From Chloroflexota bacterium (GTDB lineage: Bacteria; Chloroflexota; Limnocylindria; Limnocylindrales; CSP1-4): a DNA stretch of 53,503 bases. Under the pieces are notes generated by a model that saw only the letters and a program-made list of their open reading frames with translations, was not told the DNA's origin and did no database searches. The stretch is taken from the NCBI GenBank assembly GCA_025935415.1, contig JAICVI010000002.1, forward strand, positions 1-53,503, in the 5' to 3' direction. Position numbers and translations under genes: made by a program. Positions 16,467-25,390 of the stretch are shown in pieces (position 1 is the first letter of the stretch; each line of letters starts with the position of its first letter).

Positions 16467-17096
16467 CTAGAGGCCTTTGGGGGTGAGCCACCCCTTGTCG
16501 CGCGCGACCCGCGCCGCCTCGGCTCGATTCCTGGCCCCGAGCTTCTGGATCGCCGCGGACAGGTGGTTCCGAACGGTCCCCTCGCTGAGTGAGACGGCCT
16601 CAGCGATCTCGGCGACCGTCCCCCGCTCCGTCGCCGCGGACAGGATCTCGCGCTCGCGATCCGAGAGCGGGTTTTGCCCTTCCGCGAGGGCGTCGACCGC
16701 CAGTGCCGGGTCGACCACCCGGCGGTTGGCGGCGACCAGGCGGATGGCGTTCGCAAGGTCGCCGGCCGGGGCGTCCTTGAGAACGAAGCCCATCGCCCCG
16801 ATGTCCATGGCCCGCCGCACGTAGCCCGACCTCCCGAACGTCGTCACGATCAAGACCCGACACGTTGGGACGGCGGTCCTGAGCGTGGCCGCAGCCGACA
16901 GGCCGTCGAGGCCGGGCATCTCGATGTCCATCACCGCCACATCCGGCGAGGTTCGCACCGCCTCCGCGACTGCTTGGTCGCCCGTCGCGGCCTGGGCCAC
17001 GATCTCGAGGTCGGCCTCCATCGCCAGGAGCGCGGCCATGGCACCGCGGATCATCGTCTGGTCCTCCGCGAGCAGGACCCGGATCGGGCGCGTCAT
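16467..17096 (-). CDS. Two-component response regulator, NarL/LuxR (DesR-like) family
   Basis: Track ORF of 209 aa. The receiver domain (VLLAEDQ...PDVAVMDIEMPGLDG) is followed by the LuxR HTH LSDREREILSAATERGTVAEIAEAVSLSEGTVRNHLSAAIQKLG. Confidence 0.9.
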   Translation of the reverse strand: MTRPIRVLLAEDQTMIRGAMAALLAMEADLEIVAQAATGDQAVAEAVRTSPDVAVMDIEMPGLDGLSAAATLRTAVPTCRVLIVTTFGRSGYVRRAMDIGAMGFVLKDAPAGDLANAIRLVAANRRVVDPALAVDALAEGQNPLSDREREILSAATERGTVAEIAEAVSLSEGTVRNHLSAAIQKLGARNRAEAARVARDKGWLTPKGL

Positions 17097-18220
17097 CCGG
17101 TCGATGTCCCGGCGGTCGAGACCGGGATGCTGGCGGCCAGGCGGTAGCCGCCCTCGCGCCTCGAGCCGGCCTCGAGCCGGCCGCCGACCTGTCCGAGGCG
17201 CTCGCGCAGGCCCTGAAGCCCGGAGCCGTCGCTCGAAGCCGTGGTCGACGCCGTGCCGTCATCGAGGACCTCGACCTCCGCCATCGCGCCCCGGCGGACA
17301 GTCCGGATCACGCCGTGGCGTGCGTCGCTGTGGCGAACCATATTGGTCACGCCCTCGCGGACCGCCCAGGCCAGGACCGCGTCTTCGGCCGCGGCGAGCG
17401 GGCCGACGCGGTTCTCGATCGTCGGCTCGATCCCGGCCGCGTCCAGGGCGGCGCGCGCCTCCGCGAGCTCGCGATCGAGGGACGGCTGCCGGTATCCGCC
17501 GACCGTCTCCCGGACCGCGCTCAGAGATTCGCGGGCAACCCGCTCGACGTCGCCGATCTCGGCACGCGCCCGGTCCGGATCCGTCCCCAGGAGGCGACCC
17601 GCCAGCTCGCTCTTGATCGCGATGAGCGAGAGGCTGTGGCCGAGCACATCGTGGAGATCACGGGCGATCCGATCGCGCTCTTCGGCAACCGCCAGCGACG
17701 ACAGCTCCTCCTGAGCGGCCTGGAGCTTGACGTTCGTCCGCCGCAGTGCGGCCATCGCGTACACGGTGAGCCCGATGACCGAGACCGAGAGGCCCTGGAT
17801 CACCGCGTTCTCGACGTCGCCGGTCCCGGCGACAAGCGCCGTACCGACCACGCCGGCGAGGACGATAAGACCGAGAGCCCGGCGTTCGGGCAGCAACATG
17901 CTCGCGGCCGTCGAGGCGAAATAGAGGAACAGAACCCAGCCCTGGTCCGGGGACAGGATGACGATGATCGACGCCATCGCCAGGATGCCTAGGTCGAGGC
18001 CGGCGAAGACGAGGCTGGCCCGCCGGGGATCGTCGGCGGGACGCCGCGCCAGTGACCCGACGACGAGCGCGAAGGCCGCGGTCGTGGCGAGGGCGAGCGC
18101 GGCGATCAGGAACTCCGGTGGGTCGCTCAGGACGCGAACGATCGGATAGGTGATGAACGCCAATCCAGCGAGGCGCCAGACCGGGACCCAACTCCGCAGC
18201 CGCGGCGAGCGCTCAACCAT
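17093..18220 (-). CDS. Sensor histidine kinase, HisKA_3 (DesK/LiaS-like) type
   Basis: Track ORF of 375 aa with about 4 N-terminal TM segments. It has the H-box ERDRIARDLHDVLGHSLS and an HATPase region (REGVTNMVRHS...DDG). An ATGA overlap links it to the regulator gene. Confidence 0.85.
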   Translation of the reverse strand: MVERSPRLRSWVPVWRLAGLAFITYPIVRVLSDPPEFLIAALALATTAAFALVVGSLARRPADDPRRASLVFAGLDLGILAMASIIVILSPDQGWVLFLYFASTAASMLLPERRALGLIVLAGVVGTALVAGTGDVENAVIQGLSVSVIGLTVYAMAALRRTNVKLQAAQEELSSLAVAEERDRIARDLHDVLGHSLSLIAIKSELAGRLLGTDPDRARAEIGDVERVARESLSAVRETVGGYRQPSLDRELAEARAALDAAGIEPTIENRVGPLAAAEDAVLAWAVREGVTNMVRHSDARHGVIRTVRRGAMAEVEVLDDGTASTTASSDGSGLQGLRERLGQVGGRLEAGSRREGGYRLAASIPVSTAGTSTG

Positions 18221-19007
18221 CGGAGCGTCGCTCTGCCGCCCGGTACCTCCACCCGACGAGGGCGCTGATCACCGCTGCGTACGCGGCCAGCGCAAGCACC
18301 ACGGCCGGATCGACCGCCGCACCGCGGACTGCCTCCCGGCCCAACTCCGCTAGGTCGTACGAGGGCAGCACTCGGCCGATGGTAGCCACGGACTCCGGGA
18401 AGGAGGAGATGGGCGCCCACAGTCCACCGAGGACGCCGAGCGCGAGGAACGACAGGATCACGGCACCCTGCGCGCCGTCGGGTCCGAAGACGTACCCGAT
18501 CAGGAGACCGAGGGCCGCGAACGGCAATGCGCCGAGCGCGAGGACGGTGAGCACCTCGAGCCAGGTTGCAGGCGGAAGGTCGACATGGTTGACAGCCAGC
18601 GCGACGAGCAGGACGCCGCCCACGGCCGGGACGGTGACGACGTACGAGACGATGAGCTTTCCGAGGACGTAGGCCACTGGTCGCATCGGGGTGACGTGGA
18701 GCTGCCGGGTCCAGCCAGAGGCGCGGTCCTGGGCGATGAGGTTGGCACCGCCGAGCGCCGCGACGATCGCCCCGTACGTCGCCATAGAGACCATGAAGTA
18801 CGCGCCCCAGGTTGTCCCGTCGACGGGTGCGTCGCTCCTCGCGGCCGCGCCGGACAGCACGCCCGTGTAGAGGAGGTAGAACACCGTGGGGAAGGCTACG
18901 CCGAAGATGAGATAGCGGCGGTTCCGGACGACCCGGCGGAGCTCGAGCCGCACGAATGCCGCGACGGTCTGGAGGGCGATGGGGAGCGGCTGCCCGAGCC
19001 TGGTCAT
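18213..19007 (-). CDS. ABC-2-type transporter permease
   Basis: Track ORF of 264 aa with 6 hydrophobic segments. It overlaps both the upstream ATPase gene and the downstream kinase gene, so the genes are probably translationally coupled. Confidence 0.8.
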   Translation of the reverse strand: MTRLGQPLPIALQTVAAFVRLELRRVVRNRRYLIFGVAFPTVFYLLYTGVLSGAAARSDAPVDGTTWGAYFMVSMATYGAIVAALGGANLIAQDRASGWTRQLHVTPMRPVAYVLGKLIVSYVVTVPAVGGVLLVALAVNHVDLPPATWLEVLTVLALGALPFAALGLLIGYVFGPDGAQGAVILSFLALGVLGGLWAPISSFPESVATIGRVLPSYDLAELGREAVRGAAVDPAVVLALAAYAAVISALVGWRYRAAERRSDG

Positions 19008-19930
19008 CGGTTCGTCTCCGTCTGGGATCGATCGGGGTCGGTGAGCGCCAGGAAGGCCTCCTCGAGCCCCGCGCCCGTGACCTCGATGTTGCGAACCGCC
19101 AGGCCCGCCGCGTAGATCGAATGAACCGTCTCGTCGGCGTCGTTGCTGGTGAGCTTCACCTGGTCCCCGTGGATGTCCATGGCGGTCACGCCGGCGACGC
19201 CTGCGAGCATCTCGGCATCGGCACCCGGAAGGTCGAAACGAATGGTCCGGGCGTGAACGCGACCACGGATGGCGCTCCCGGAACCGTCGGCGACGATGGT
19301 CCCGCGGTCCAGGACGAGCACCCGGTCGGCGACCTGGTCCGCCTCCTCGAGGTAGTGCGTCGCGAACAGGATCGTTCGGCCCTCGGAGGCGGACCGGCGC
19401 ATGTCCGCCCAGAACGAGCGGCGCGTCTCGACGTCCATCGCCACGGTCGGCTCGTCGAGGATCACCAGGTCGGGATTGCCGGCGATCGCCATCGCGAAGC
19501 GAAGGCGTTGCGCCTCGCCGCCCGAGATCTGGTCAATCCGGCGATCGCGCAGCGGCGTGAGCCCGGCGCGCTCCAGGATGGCTGAAAGGGCCAGTGGTTC
19601 GGGGTACAGACGGCGTGTGAACTCCAGGAGCTCGGCGACACGCACGTAGGACGGCAGGCCCGAGGCCTGCAGCATCGCTCCGACGCGGCCGCTCGAAACG
19701 GCGCTCGATGGCGACTGGCCGAGGGTCTCGACGCTGCCCGCTGTTGGCGCTGTCAGGCCGAGGATCAGCCCGATGGCGGTCGTCTTGCCCGCCCCGTTCG
19801 GTCCAAGGACGGCGACCGTCTCGCCCGTCGAGATCGAGACGTCGACGGCGTCCAGGGCGCGGACGTCGCCGAATCGCCGGGTGACGCCTCGGAACCGAAC
19901 CGCCTCCGGAGTGGTTGGTGAAGATTGCAT
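19004..19930 (-). CDS. ABC transporter ATP-binding protein (DrrA-like)
   Basis: Track ORF of 308 aa with Walker A GPNGAGKTT, signature SGGEAQR and Walker B LVILDEPT. Confidence 0.9.
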   Translation of the reverse strand: MQSSPTTPEAVRFRGVTRRFGDVRALDAVDVSISTGETVAVLGPNGAGKTTAIGLILGLTAPTAGSVETLGQSPSSAVSSGRVGAMLQASGLPSYVRVAELLEFTRRLYPEPLALSAILERAGLTPLRDRRIDQISGGEAQRLRFAMAIAGNPDLVILDEPTVAMDVETRRSFWADMRRSASEGRTILFATHYLEEADQVADRVLVLDRGTIVADGSGSAIRGRVHARTIRFDLPGADAEMLAGVAGVTAMDIHGDQVKLTSNDADETVHSIYAAGLAVRNIEVTGAGLEEAFLALTDPDRSQTETNR

Positions 19931-19965
19931 GCCGTCAGGTTCCGACCGAAACTCGGCGGAGCCCA

Positions 19966-20003
19966 GTCACGGCCGTCGCGAATGAACCGTGACGGACGTC
20001 ACG
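19966..20003. promoter_or_regulatory. Candidate operator: three GTCACG/CGTGAC half-sites 36-73 nt upstream of the ABC/kinase/regulator operon
   Basis: Read directly: GTCACGG-n14-CCGTGAC-ggac-GTCACG. CGTGAC-N4-GTCACG is a perfect inverted repeat, and a third half-site forms a second inverted pair. Confidence 0.3.
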
Positions 20004-20143
20004 CCGGCACCGCCCGTCGATGCGCCGCCCGACCGGCGCCTGGAGTCGGAGGCGCGTGCCGCTCGTCGATTTGCGGCCTGCGTTGCCGCAGCTGGCGCAT
20101 CGTCAGGACAGCCGCGGCCCCGGCCATCTCGTCAACGGACGAA

Positions 20144-20947
20144 TCATCCGGCAGCGACGTCGCGGCGCCGAATGGCCTCGACACCGACCAGGGTGAGGAG
20201 CACGGCCGGGAGCGCGAGGCTGGCATACCGCCACGGCTCGGTCGGCATCTCGAGCGGATTGCCGCCGAAGGCCCAATCCCACGGCGAGAGATGCCGGAAG
20301 GGGTCCAGAACGTCGCTCAGTGGGAAGAGGGCGGCCACGATGTATCCCGCCAGGGCCAGCCCGAGCCCGAGGCCAAGCACGAGTGACGGCCGGGCGCGAA
20401 GGCCGGCAATCGCCACGGCCAGGCTCCCGTGGAGGGCTCCGAGAAGGGCGCACAGAAGGATCGTCGACAGCAGCCGTCCGGTATCGATCGCCAGGTCGGC
20501 CACGGCATCCATCACGATCTGGGTGAGCGCCGTCGCGATCGTGATCACGGCGAGCGCCAGAAGGACCGCGAATGCGCGTCCGAGGACCACCTCACGGCGA
20601 TCGAGCGGCTGGGCGAACAGCAGCTCGAGGCGGCCGCCCGCTTCCTCCCCGGCCGTCTGTCCGTTCACCAAGGCAATCGCGGCGGCGGCGAAGAGGAGCG
20701 GCACGAAAAGCTCATAGAGGTTGCCGCGCAGGAACCCTGCCGGCGTCCCGAAGTTGGCAAGCCCGAAGGCCTGGATGACACCCGCGGGAAGCTGTTCGAT
20801 CGCGTCGGTGATGCCAGACGAGCCGCGGAAGGCCGGCCAGAAGGCGACCGTGACGGCAACGAGGCCCGCGAGGCCAACGGACCACCAGAACACTCCTCGT
20901 CGCATGGCCCGCAGGGGACCGGCGACGAGCTCCAGCAGGCGGCTCAT
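20144..20947 (-). CDS. ABC-2-family transporter permease
   Basis: Track ORF of 267 aa with about 6 hydrophobic segments. Its start overlaps the stop of the upstream ATPase gene by 4 nt. Confidence 0.7.
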   Translation of the reverse strand: MSRLLELVAGPLRAMRRGVFWWSVGLAGLVAVTVAFWPAFRGSSGITDAIEQLPAGVIQAFGLANFGTPAGFLRGNLYELFVPLLFAAAAIALVNGQTAGEEAGGRLELLFAQPLDRREVVLGRAFAVLLALAVITIATALTQIVMDAVADLAIDTGRLLSTILLCALLGALHGSLAVAIAGLRARPSLVLGLGLGLALAGYIVAALFPLSDVLDPFRHLSPWDWAFGGNPLEMPTEPWRYASLALPAVLLTLVGVEAIRRRDVAAG

Positions 20948-21846
20948 GCGGCACTTCCACCGTACAGATCGAGGAAGGCCTCCTCGAGATCGGGCTCTTC
21001 CACGAGCATCGACGTGACGCGATGGCGAGCGAGCACCTCGATCAACGGCTGGATCGATCCGGCGAGGCTGGCCGTGAAGCGCCGGTCTTCCACCCGCGGG
21101 TCGACGATCCCCGGCAGCACGGCGAGCTCGGCCTCGGGCGCCACACCGTCGAACACGATGTCGACACGAAGCCGGGTACGGCCACGAAGCTCCGGCACGG
21201 TCCCGAGGGCAACGATCCTGCCCGCCCGCAGGACGGCGACCCGATCCGCGGCGTGCTGGACCTCGGACATCACGTGCGACGAAAGGAAGATCGTCGAGCC
21301 CGCTGCCTGGGCTTCGCGGACGAGGCTGAGGAACTCGTGCTGCATGAGCGGATCGAGCCCGCTCGTGGGCTCGTCGAGGACGAGCAGGTCCGCGTCACTG
21401 AGGAACGCCAGGATCAAGGCAACCTTGCGCCGATTCCCGCTCGAGAGGTCGCGGAGCGGGCGCCGCAGGTCGAGCTGGAGTCGCTCGGCGAGACCGTCGC
21501 GCCGCGCAGCGTCGAAGCCGCCGCGCAAGCGTCCGATGCTGGCAATGAGGTCGAGGCCCGAGATCCGCTCCGGGAGCCGGAGCTCGCCCGGCACGTAGGC
21601 GAGCCGGCGACGAAGCGCGACGCCGTCGCGCGTTGCGTCCAGGCCGAAAGCCGTGATGCGCCCGGCCGTCGGCCGCAGAAGCCCCAGCAGGCAGCGGATG
21701 GTCGTGCTCTTGCCGGCTCCGTTCGGGCCAAGGAAGCCGAAGACCTCGCCCCGAAGCACGTGGAGGTCGATGCCGCGTACGGCCTCGACCTGGCCGTAGC
21801 GCTTGACGAGGGCCTCGATCTCGACGACCGCCTCCGTCCCGCTCAT
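20944..21846 (-). CDS. ABC transporter ATP-binding protein
   Basis: Track ORF of 300 aa with Walker A GPNGAGKST, signature SSGNRRK and Walker B LLVLDEPTSGLD. Confidence 0.9.
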   Translation of the reverse strand: MSGTEAVVEIEALVKRYGQVEAVRGIDLHVLRGEVFGFLGPNGAGKSTTIRCLLGLLRPTAGRITAFGLDATRDGVALRRRLAYVPGELRLPERISGLDLIASIGRLRGGFDAARRDGLAERLQLDLRRPLRDLSSGNRRKVALILAFLSDADLLVLDEPTSGLDPLMQHEFLSLVREAQAAGSTIFLSSHVMSEVQHAADRVAVLRAGRIVALGTVPELRGRTRLRVDIVFDGVAPEAELAVLPGIVDPRVEDRRFTASLAGSIQPLIEVLARHRVTSMLVEEPDLEEAFLDLYGGSAA

Positions 21847-21933
21847 TCGACCTCCTCGTGCGGTGTCACTGCCGAATCGGCGTCGGCTTTGGGTGCGCCC
21901 CCCGGGCGTGCGTCAGCGTGGACCGTGGCCGCC

Positions 21934-22359
21934 TCATGAGAACGCCTCGAAGGCCCGTGCGATGGACCGCAGGTCTTCGGCATCCACCGCCCTCACCGGG
22001 CTCGATCCCGCCATGGACTCGAGGTCGCGCCGCCGATGGTCGAGGACCTTCCGCCGCAGCTCGCGTCCGCGTTCGCTCAGACGGATCCGGGCAATGCGAT
22101 GGTCGACCGCGTCCCGCTCGCTGAGCACGACGCCGCGCTGCTTGAGCCGCGAGATCAGGCGACTGGCTGGGGACCCGCGAGCCCCGATTCGCGCCGCGAC
22201 CTCACCCACGGTTGCCCCCTCCGAACGTTCTCCGACGATGAGCAGCACCCGCCATTGGACGAACGTGAGGTTGGTTCCGGCCGCCGCGATCGCGCGCTCG
22301 GTCATCGCAACCGAGCCGACGACGAGGCGCTCGAGCAGCTCGACCTTGTCGACCACCAC
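21934..22359 (-). CDS. MarR-family transcriptional regulator
   Basis: Track ORF of 141 aa. The winged-helix region reads LTFVQWRVLLIVGERSEGATVGEVAARIGARGSPASRLISRLKQRGVVLSERDAVDHRIARIRLSERG. It lies upstream of, and co-directional with, the second ABC pair. Confidence 0.85.
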   Translation of the reverse strand: MVVDKVELLERLVVGSVAMTERAIAAAGTNLTFVQWRVLLIVGERSEGATVGEVAARIGARGSPASRLISRLKQRGVVLSERDAVDHRIARIRLSERGRELRRKVLDHRRRDLESMAGSSPVRAVDAEDLRSIARAFEAFS

Positions 22360-22410
22360 ATCGGCATCGTAGCGAAGATGTGTTCCATTCGGAAGCTATC
22401 TCGCCGGACA

Positions 22411-22588
22411 CTCCAACGTTCGTGAGCGAGCGCCCGGAGCCGGCGACGCGGCGAACGGCCCACGTCGCCGACCGCCCGCGCTGCGAGGTGGGTCGGTCGC
22501 AAGGCGGAGCCGAGGACGCTCGCGAGCGCGCTCGAAGGTGCGTGAGCGAGCGCCCGGAGGCGACAACACCGCGAACGGCCCGCATCGC
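22411..22588. repeat. Two copies of a ~58-bp direct repeat at an exact 120-bp offset, ending 11 nt from the tRNA-Pro 3' end
   Basis: 22421..22468 and 22541..22588 are identical at 41 of 48 positions with no gaps (core cgtgagcgagcgcccggag ... gcgaacggccc). The 10 nt before each copy match at 7 of 10. Confidence 0.6.
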
Positions 22589-22599
22589 AACGCGGGCAG

Positions 22600-22676
22600 T
22601 GGTCGGGGCGGTCGGATTCGAACCGACGACCTCATGCTCCCAAAGCATGTGCGCTACCAGGCTGCGCTACGCCCCG
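22600..22676 (-). tRNA. tRNA-Pro (anticodon TGG), CCA encoded
   Basis: The reverse complement reads CGGGGCGTAGCGCAGCCTGGTAGCGCACATGCTTTGGGAGCATGAGGTCGTCGGTTCGAATCCGACCGCCCCGACCA. The anticodon loop is TTTGGGA. Confidence 0.9.
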
Positions 22677-22844
22677 CGGACCGGTGCCAATTCTAGGTCC
22701 ATCGACCGAGGGCTCCGAACGACGATGGCACCGCCGGTCACACCCGGGCGGTGAGGAGGCTCGTACAGGCAGCCGAGATCGCCGGGAACCGCCCGTCGAG
22801 CACCGGCGTCTTTGGCCCGGCGCCGGGCGGGAGCTGGCAGGCTG

Positions 22845-23942
22845 ATGGAACCGTCCGGCGTCGTTTCCCTTTCCTCGACAACCACCACGCGCCTTCGCCG
22901 CGCGCTCGTCGCGGCCTCGATCGCGCTTGTCGCGGCGTGCCAGGCACCCGCGGCGACCACGAACCCGGCATCCGCCGGACCCACCGCCGCACCGCCGTCG
23001 AGCCCGCCGGCATCGGTCGCACCGACGAGGAACGCCACCGGCCTCTTCCACATCGTGGGGACGGCGCCGGTGATCGCGCATGCGACATTCCCGGACCGCG
23101 GGGCGGTCCTGCCGGGCGCGGCCACCGTCGACTCGGACGGCAAGTACCACGCCTGGGTCGTCGCCTTCGCGGCGACGCCGGGCACGCAGGAGGTCCATTA
23201 CCTGACCTCGGATGACGGTGTCGCCTGGACGGAGGTGACCGACGGCTCGCTCAAGGGGCTGTCCGACGGCTTCGGCAACCCCGGTGCGATCCCGACAAGC
23301 GTCTTCGAGGACCGCGACGGCTGGACGATGTACCTCACCGGGACCACGGACAACGTCGGCTGGGACATCTGGCGCGCGACGGCGTCAAAGGCCGCCGGCC
23401 CGTGGAAGCGCAGCGCCAAGCCCGTGCTGGCCCGCGGCGGAACGGGTGCGTGGGACGCGGGGACACTGGACTTCCCGTCGGTCTACCCGACGGCCGACGG
23501 CTACACGATGCTCTATTCCGGCCAGGCTGCGGGCGACCAGACGGGCGGATCCATCGGGCGCGCCACCTCCAGGGACGGCATCGCCTGGACGAAGGATCCC
23601 GAGCCCGTCGCCAAGCCCGGCCTCTGCGGCGGCTTCGACGATCGGGCGATCCATCAGCCGCGGGTGACCTCGACGGCAGACAACACCGTGCTGGTCTACG
23701 CAGGCTATGCAGGTGCGGCCGACTCCGCGGCGAGCGTCGGCTACGCGGACAGCCTGGACGACGGTGCGACCTGGGGCTGCGAGTGGAAGAACCCGGCCCT
23801 CGACACGAGCGGCCTGCCCGACGGCTTCATCCACACGCTGGCGTCGTTCCAGCGCGGCGATCGCCTGGCCCTGCTCGTCGAGTGGCTGTCCGGCGGCAGC
23901 TCCGACATCTACCTCGCCGACCTCGGGTTCGGCGCTCCGTGA
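22845..23942 (+). CDS. Secreted lipoprotein with BNR/Asp-box repeats (sialidase-like or glycoside-hydrolase-like beta-propeller)
   Basis: The ATG at 22845 (alternative TTG at 22812) lies in track ORF 22812..23942. The signal and lipobox read RLRRALVAASIALVAAC. Three Asp-box-like motifs are present: SDDGVAWT, SRDGIAWT and SLDDGATW. Confidence 0.6.
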   Translation: MEPSGVVSLSSTTTTRLRRALVAASIALVAACQAPAATTNPASAGPTAAPPSSPPASVAPTRNATGLFHIVGTAPVIAHATFPDRGAVLPGAATVDSDGKYHAWVVAFAATPGTQEVHYLTSDDGVAWTEVTDGSLKGLSDGFGNPGAIPTSVFEDRDGWTMYLTGTTDNVGWDIWRATASKAAGPWKRSAKPVLARGGTGAWDAGTLDFPSVYPTADGYTMLYSGQAAGDQTGGSIGRATSRDGIAWTKDPEPVAKPGLCGGFDDRAIHQPRVTSTADNTVLVYAGYAGAADSAASVGYADSLDDGATWGCEWKNPALDTSGLPDGFIHTLASFQRGDRLALLVEWLSGGSSDIYLADLGFGAP

Positions 23943-23987
23943 TCGGATCCACCGCGCCGTAGCCCGGCGCAACCCCATCGAGGGGCG

Positions 23988-24656
23988 TCAGCTCGCAGGC
24001 GGGCGCCCCTCGATCAACCCCTGGAGCACGGGCAGCATCCGCCGGACCGCGCGCCCGCGATGCGAGATGGCGTCCTTCTCCGCGGGCGCGTACTCGGCGA
24101 AGGTCCGGCCGCCGGCGCGCTCCCGCGCCGGCTCGAACAGCGGGTCGTAGCCGAACCCGCCATCTCCGCGAGGCTCGAAGCCGACGCGGCCGCGCGAGGT
24201 CCCGCGGCGCTCGATGATCCGCAGTCCGCCTGCGGCGGCCTCGTCCGGAAGCGCCAGCGCCAGCACGCAGACGTAGCGCGCGTCGCGCTTGCCTGCGGGC
24301 ACGTCGGCGAGCTCCCGCAGGAGCTTGGCGTTGTTCTCCTCGTCGGTGGCGTCCGGGCCGGCGTAGCGCCGGGTCCAGACGCCCGGCGCGCCTGCGAGTG
24401 CCTCGACCTCGATGCCCGAGTCGTCGGCAAGGGCCGGCAGCCCCGTCGCGCGGGCCGCGAAGCGGGCCTTGATCCGGGCGTTCGTCTCGAAGGTCAGGCC
24501 GTCCTCGACCGGCTCGCCCGGGACGCCCAGGTCGTCGAGGGAGACGAGCTTGAGGCCGTCGAGGAGGAGCATGTGGCGCAGCTCGCGCAGCTTGTGCGCG
24601 GAGCGCGTCGCGACGACGACCGTGGGGTTCGCGCGGGCGGCCGCCGCGGGCTTCAG
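23988..24656 (-). CDS. rdgB: Non-canonical purine NTP pyrophosphatase (RdgB/HAM1 family); start codon uncertain (possibly CTG)
   Basis: This is the C-terminal ~220 aa of track ORF 23988..25298: [14 protein letters not shown]...[10 protein letters not shown]...[24 protein letters not shown]...[12 protein letters not shown]...[14 protein letters not shown]. There is no ATG, GTG or TTG between the conserved N-terminus and the rph stop. Confidence 0.8.
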   Translation of the reverse strand: MKPAAAARANPTVVVATRSAHKLRELRHMLLLDGLKLVSLDDLGVPGEPVEDGLTFETNARIKARFAARATGLPALADDSGIEVEALAGAPGVWTRRYAGPDATDEENNAKLLRELADVPAGKRDARYVCVLALALPDEAAAGGLRIIERRGTSRGRVGFEPRGDGGFGYDPLFEPARERAGGRTFAEYAPAEKDAISHRGRAVRRMLPVLQGLIEGRPPAS

Positions 24657-25390
24657 CGCCGGATTGAGGCGAGGGCCTGGCCCTGCGCCTCGAACAGACG
24701 CGCCAGTCCGCCGTCGGCGAGGTCCAGCAGCGTCGCGACCCTCGAGCGATCGAACGGGAGGCCCTCGGCCGTGCCCTGGAGCTCGATGTACGTCCCGGCG
24801 TCCGTGCCGACGACGTTCATGTCGACCTCGGCCGTGGAGTCCTCCGAGTAGTCGAGGTCGAGCATCGCGAGCCCGTGGATCACGCCGACCGACACGCCGG
24901 CGACCTTCCCGGTGAGGACGCGCTCGAGGCCGGCACCCATCAGCGCCGCGGCCAGGGCGACGTAGCCGCCCGTGATCGAGGCGCAGCGGGTGCCGCCGTC
25001 CGCCTGGAGCACGTCGCAGTCGATGGTGACCGTCTTCTCGCCGAGCTTGGTCATGTCGACGACACCACGAAGGGAGCGGCCGATCAGCCGCTGGATCTCG
25101 TGCGTCCGACCGCCGAGGCGGCCTTTCACGGCCTCCCGATCCGATCGCTCCGCGGTCGCTCGCGGGAGCATCGAGTACTCGGCGGTCACCCAGCCGCTGC
25201 CCTTGCCGCGGAGGTGCGGTGGGACGCGGTCGCCGATCGTGGCGGCGCAGAGCACCTCGGTGTCGCCCTGCCGGATCCGGCACGAGCCCTCGGCCCACTT
25301 CTGCACGCCCATCGTGATCGACACGGCACGCAGGTCGCCCGGCCGGCGACCGTCATTGCGGACCGACGGCGGCCGATTGCCCAGCGTCAT
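24653..25390 (-). CDS. rph: Ribonuclease PH
   Basis: The ATG at 25390 lies in track ORF 24653..26173. The sequence reads [41 protein letters not shown]...[17 protein letters not shown]...[19 protein letters not shown]...[18 protein letters not shown]. An ATGA overlap links it to mazG. Confidence 0.9.
   Translation of the reverse strand: MTLGNRPPSVRNDGRRPGDLRAVSITMGVQKWAEGSCRIRQGDTEVLCAATIGDRVPPHLRGKGSGWVTAEYSMLPRATAERSDREAVKGRLGGRTHEIQRLIGRSLRGVVDMTKLGEKTVTIDCDVLQADGGTRCASITGGYVALAAALMGAGLERVLTGKVAGVSVGVIHGLAMLDLDYSEDSTAEVDMNVVGTDAGTYIELQGTAEGLPFDRSRVATLLDLADGGLARLFEAQGQALASIRR

Noticed and set aside
14635-16491. 618-aa reverse-strand ORF covering the sulfite-oxidase locus
   Set aside because: It is antisense to a gene with strong SUOX-family motifs and to the second helical paralog. 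No motifs are present and the composition is Arg/Ser/Ala-rich.
22380-22754. 124-aa + strand ORF (and 148-aa - strand ORF 22202..22648) that would make the 120-bp repeats protein-coding (FVSERPEPATRRTAH / CVSERPEATTPRTAR)
   Set aside because: Both ORFs read through the tRNA-Pro gene. The repeat is better explained at the DNA/RNA level.
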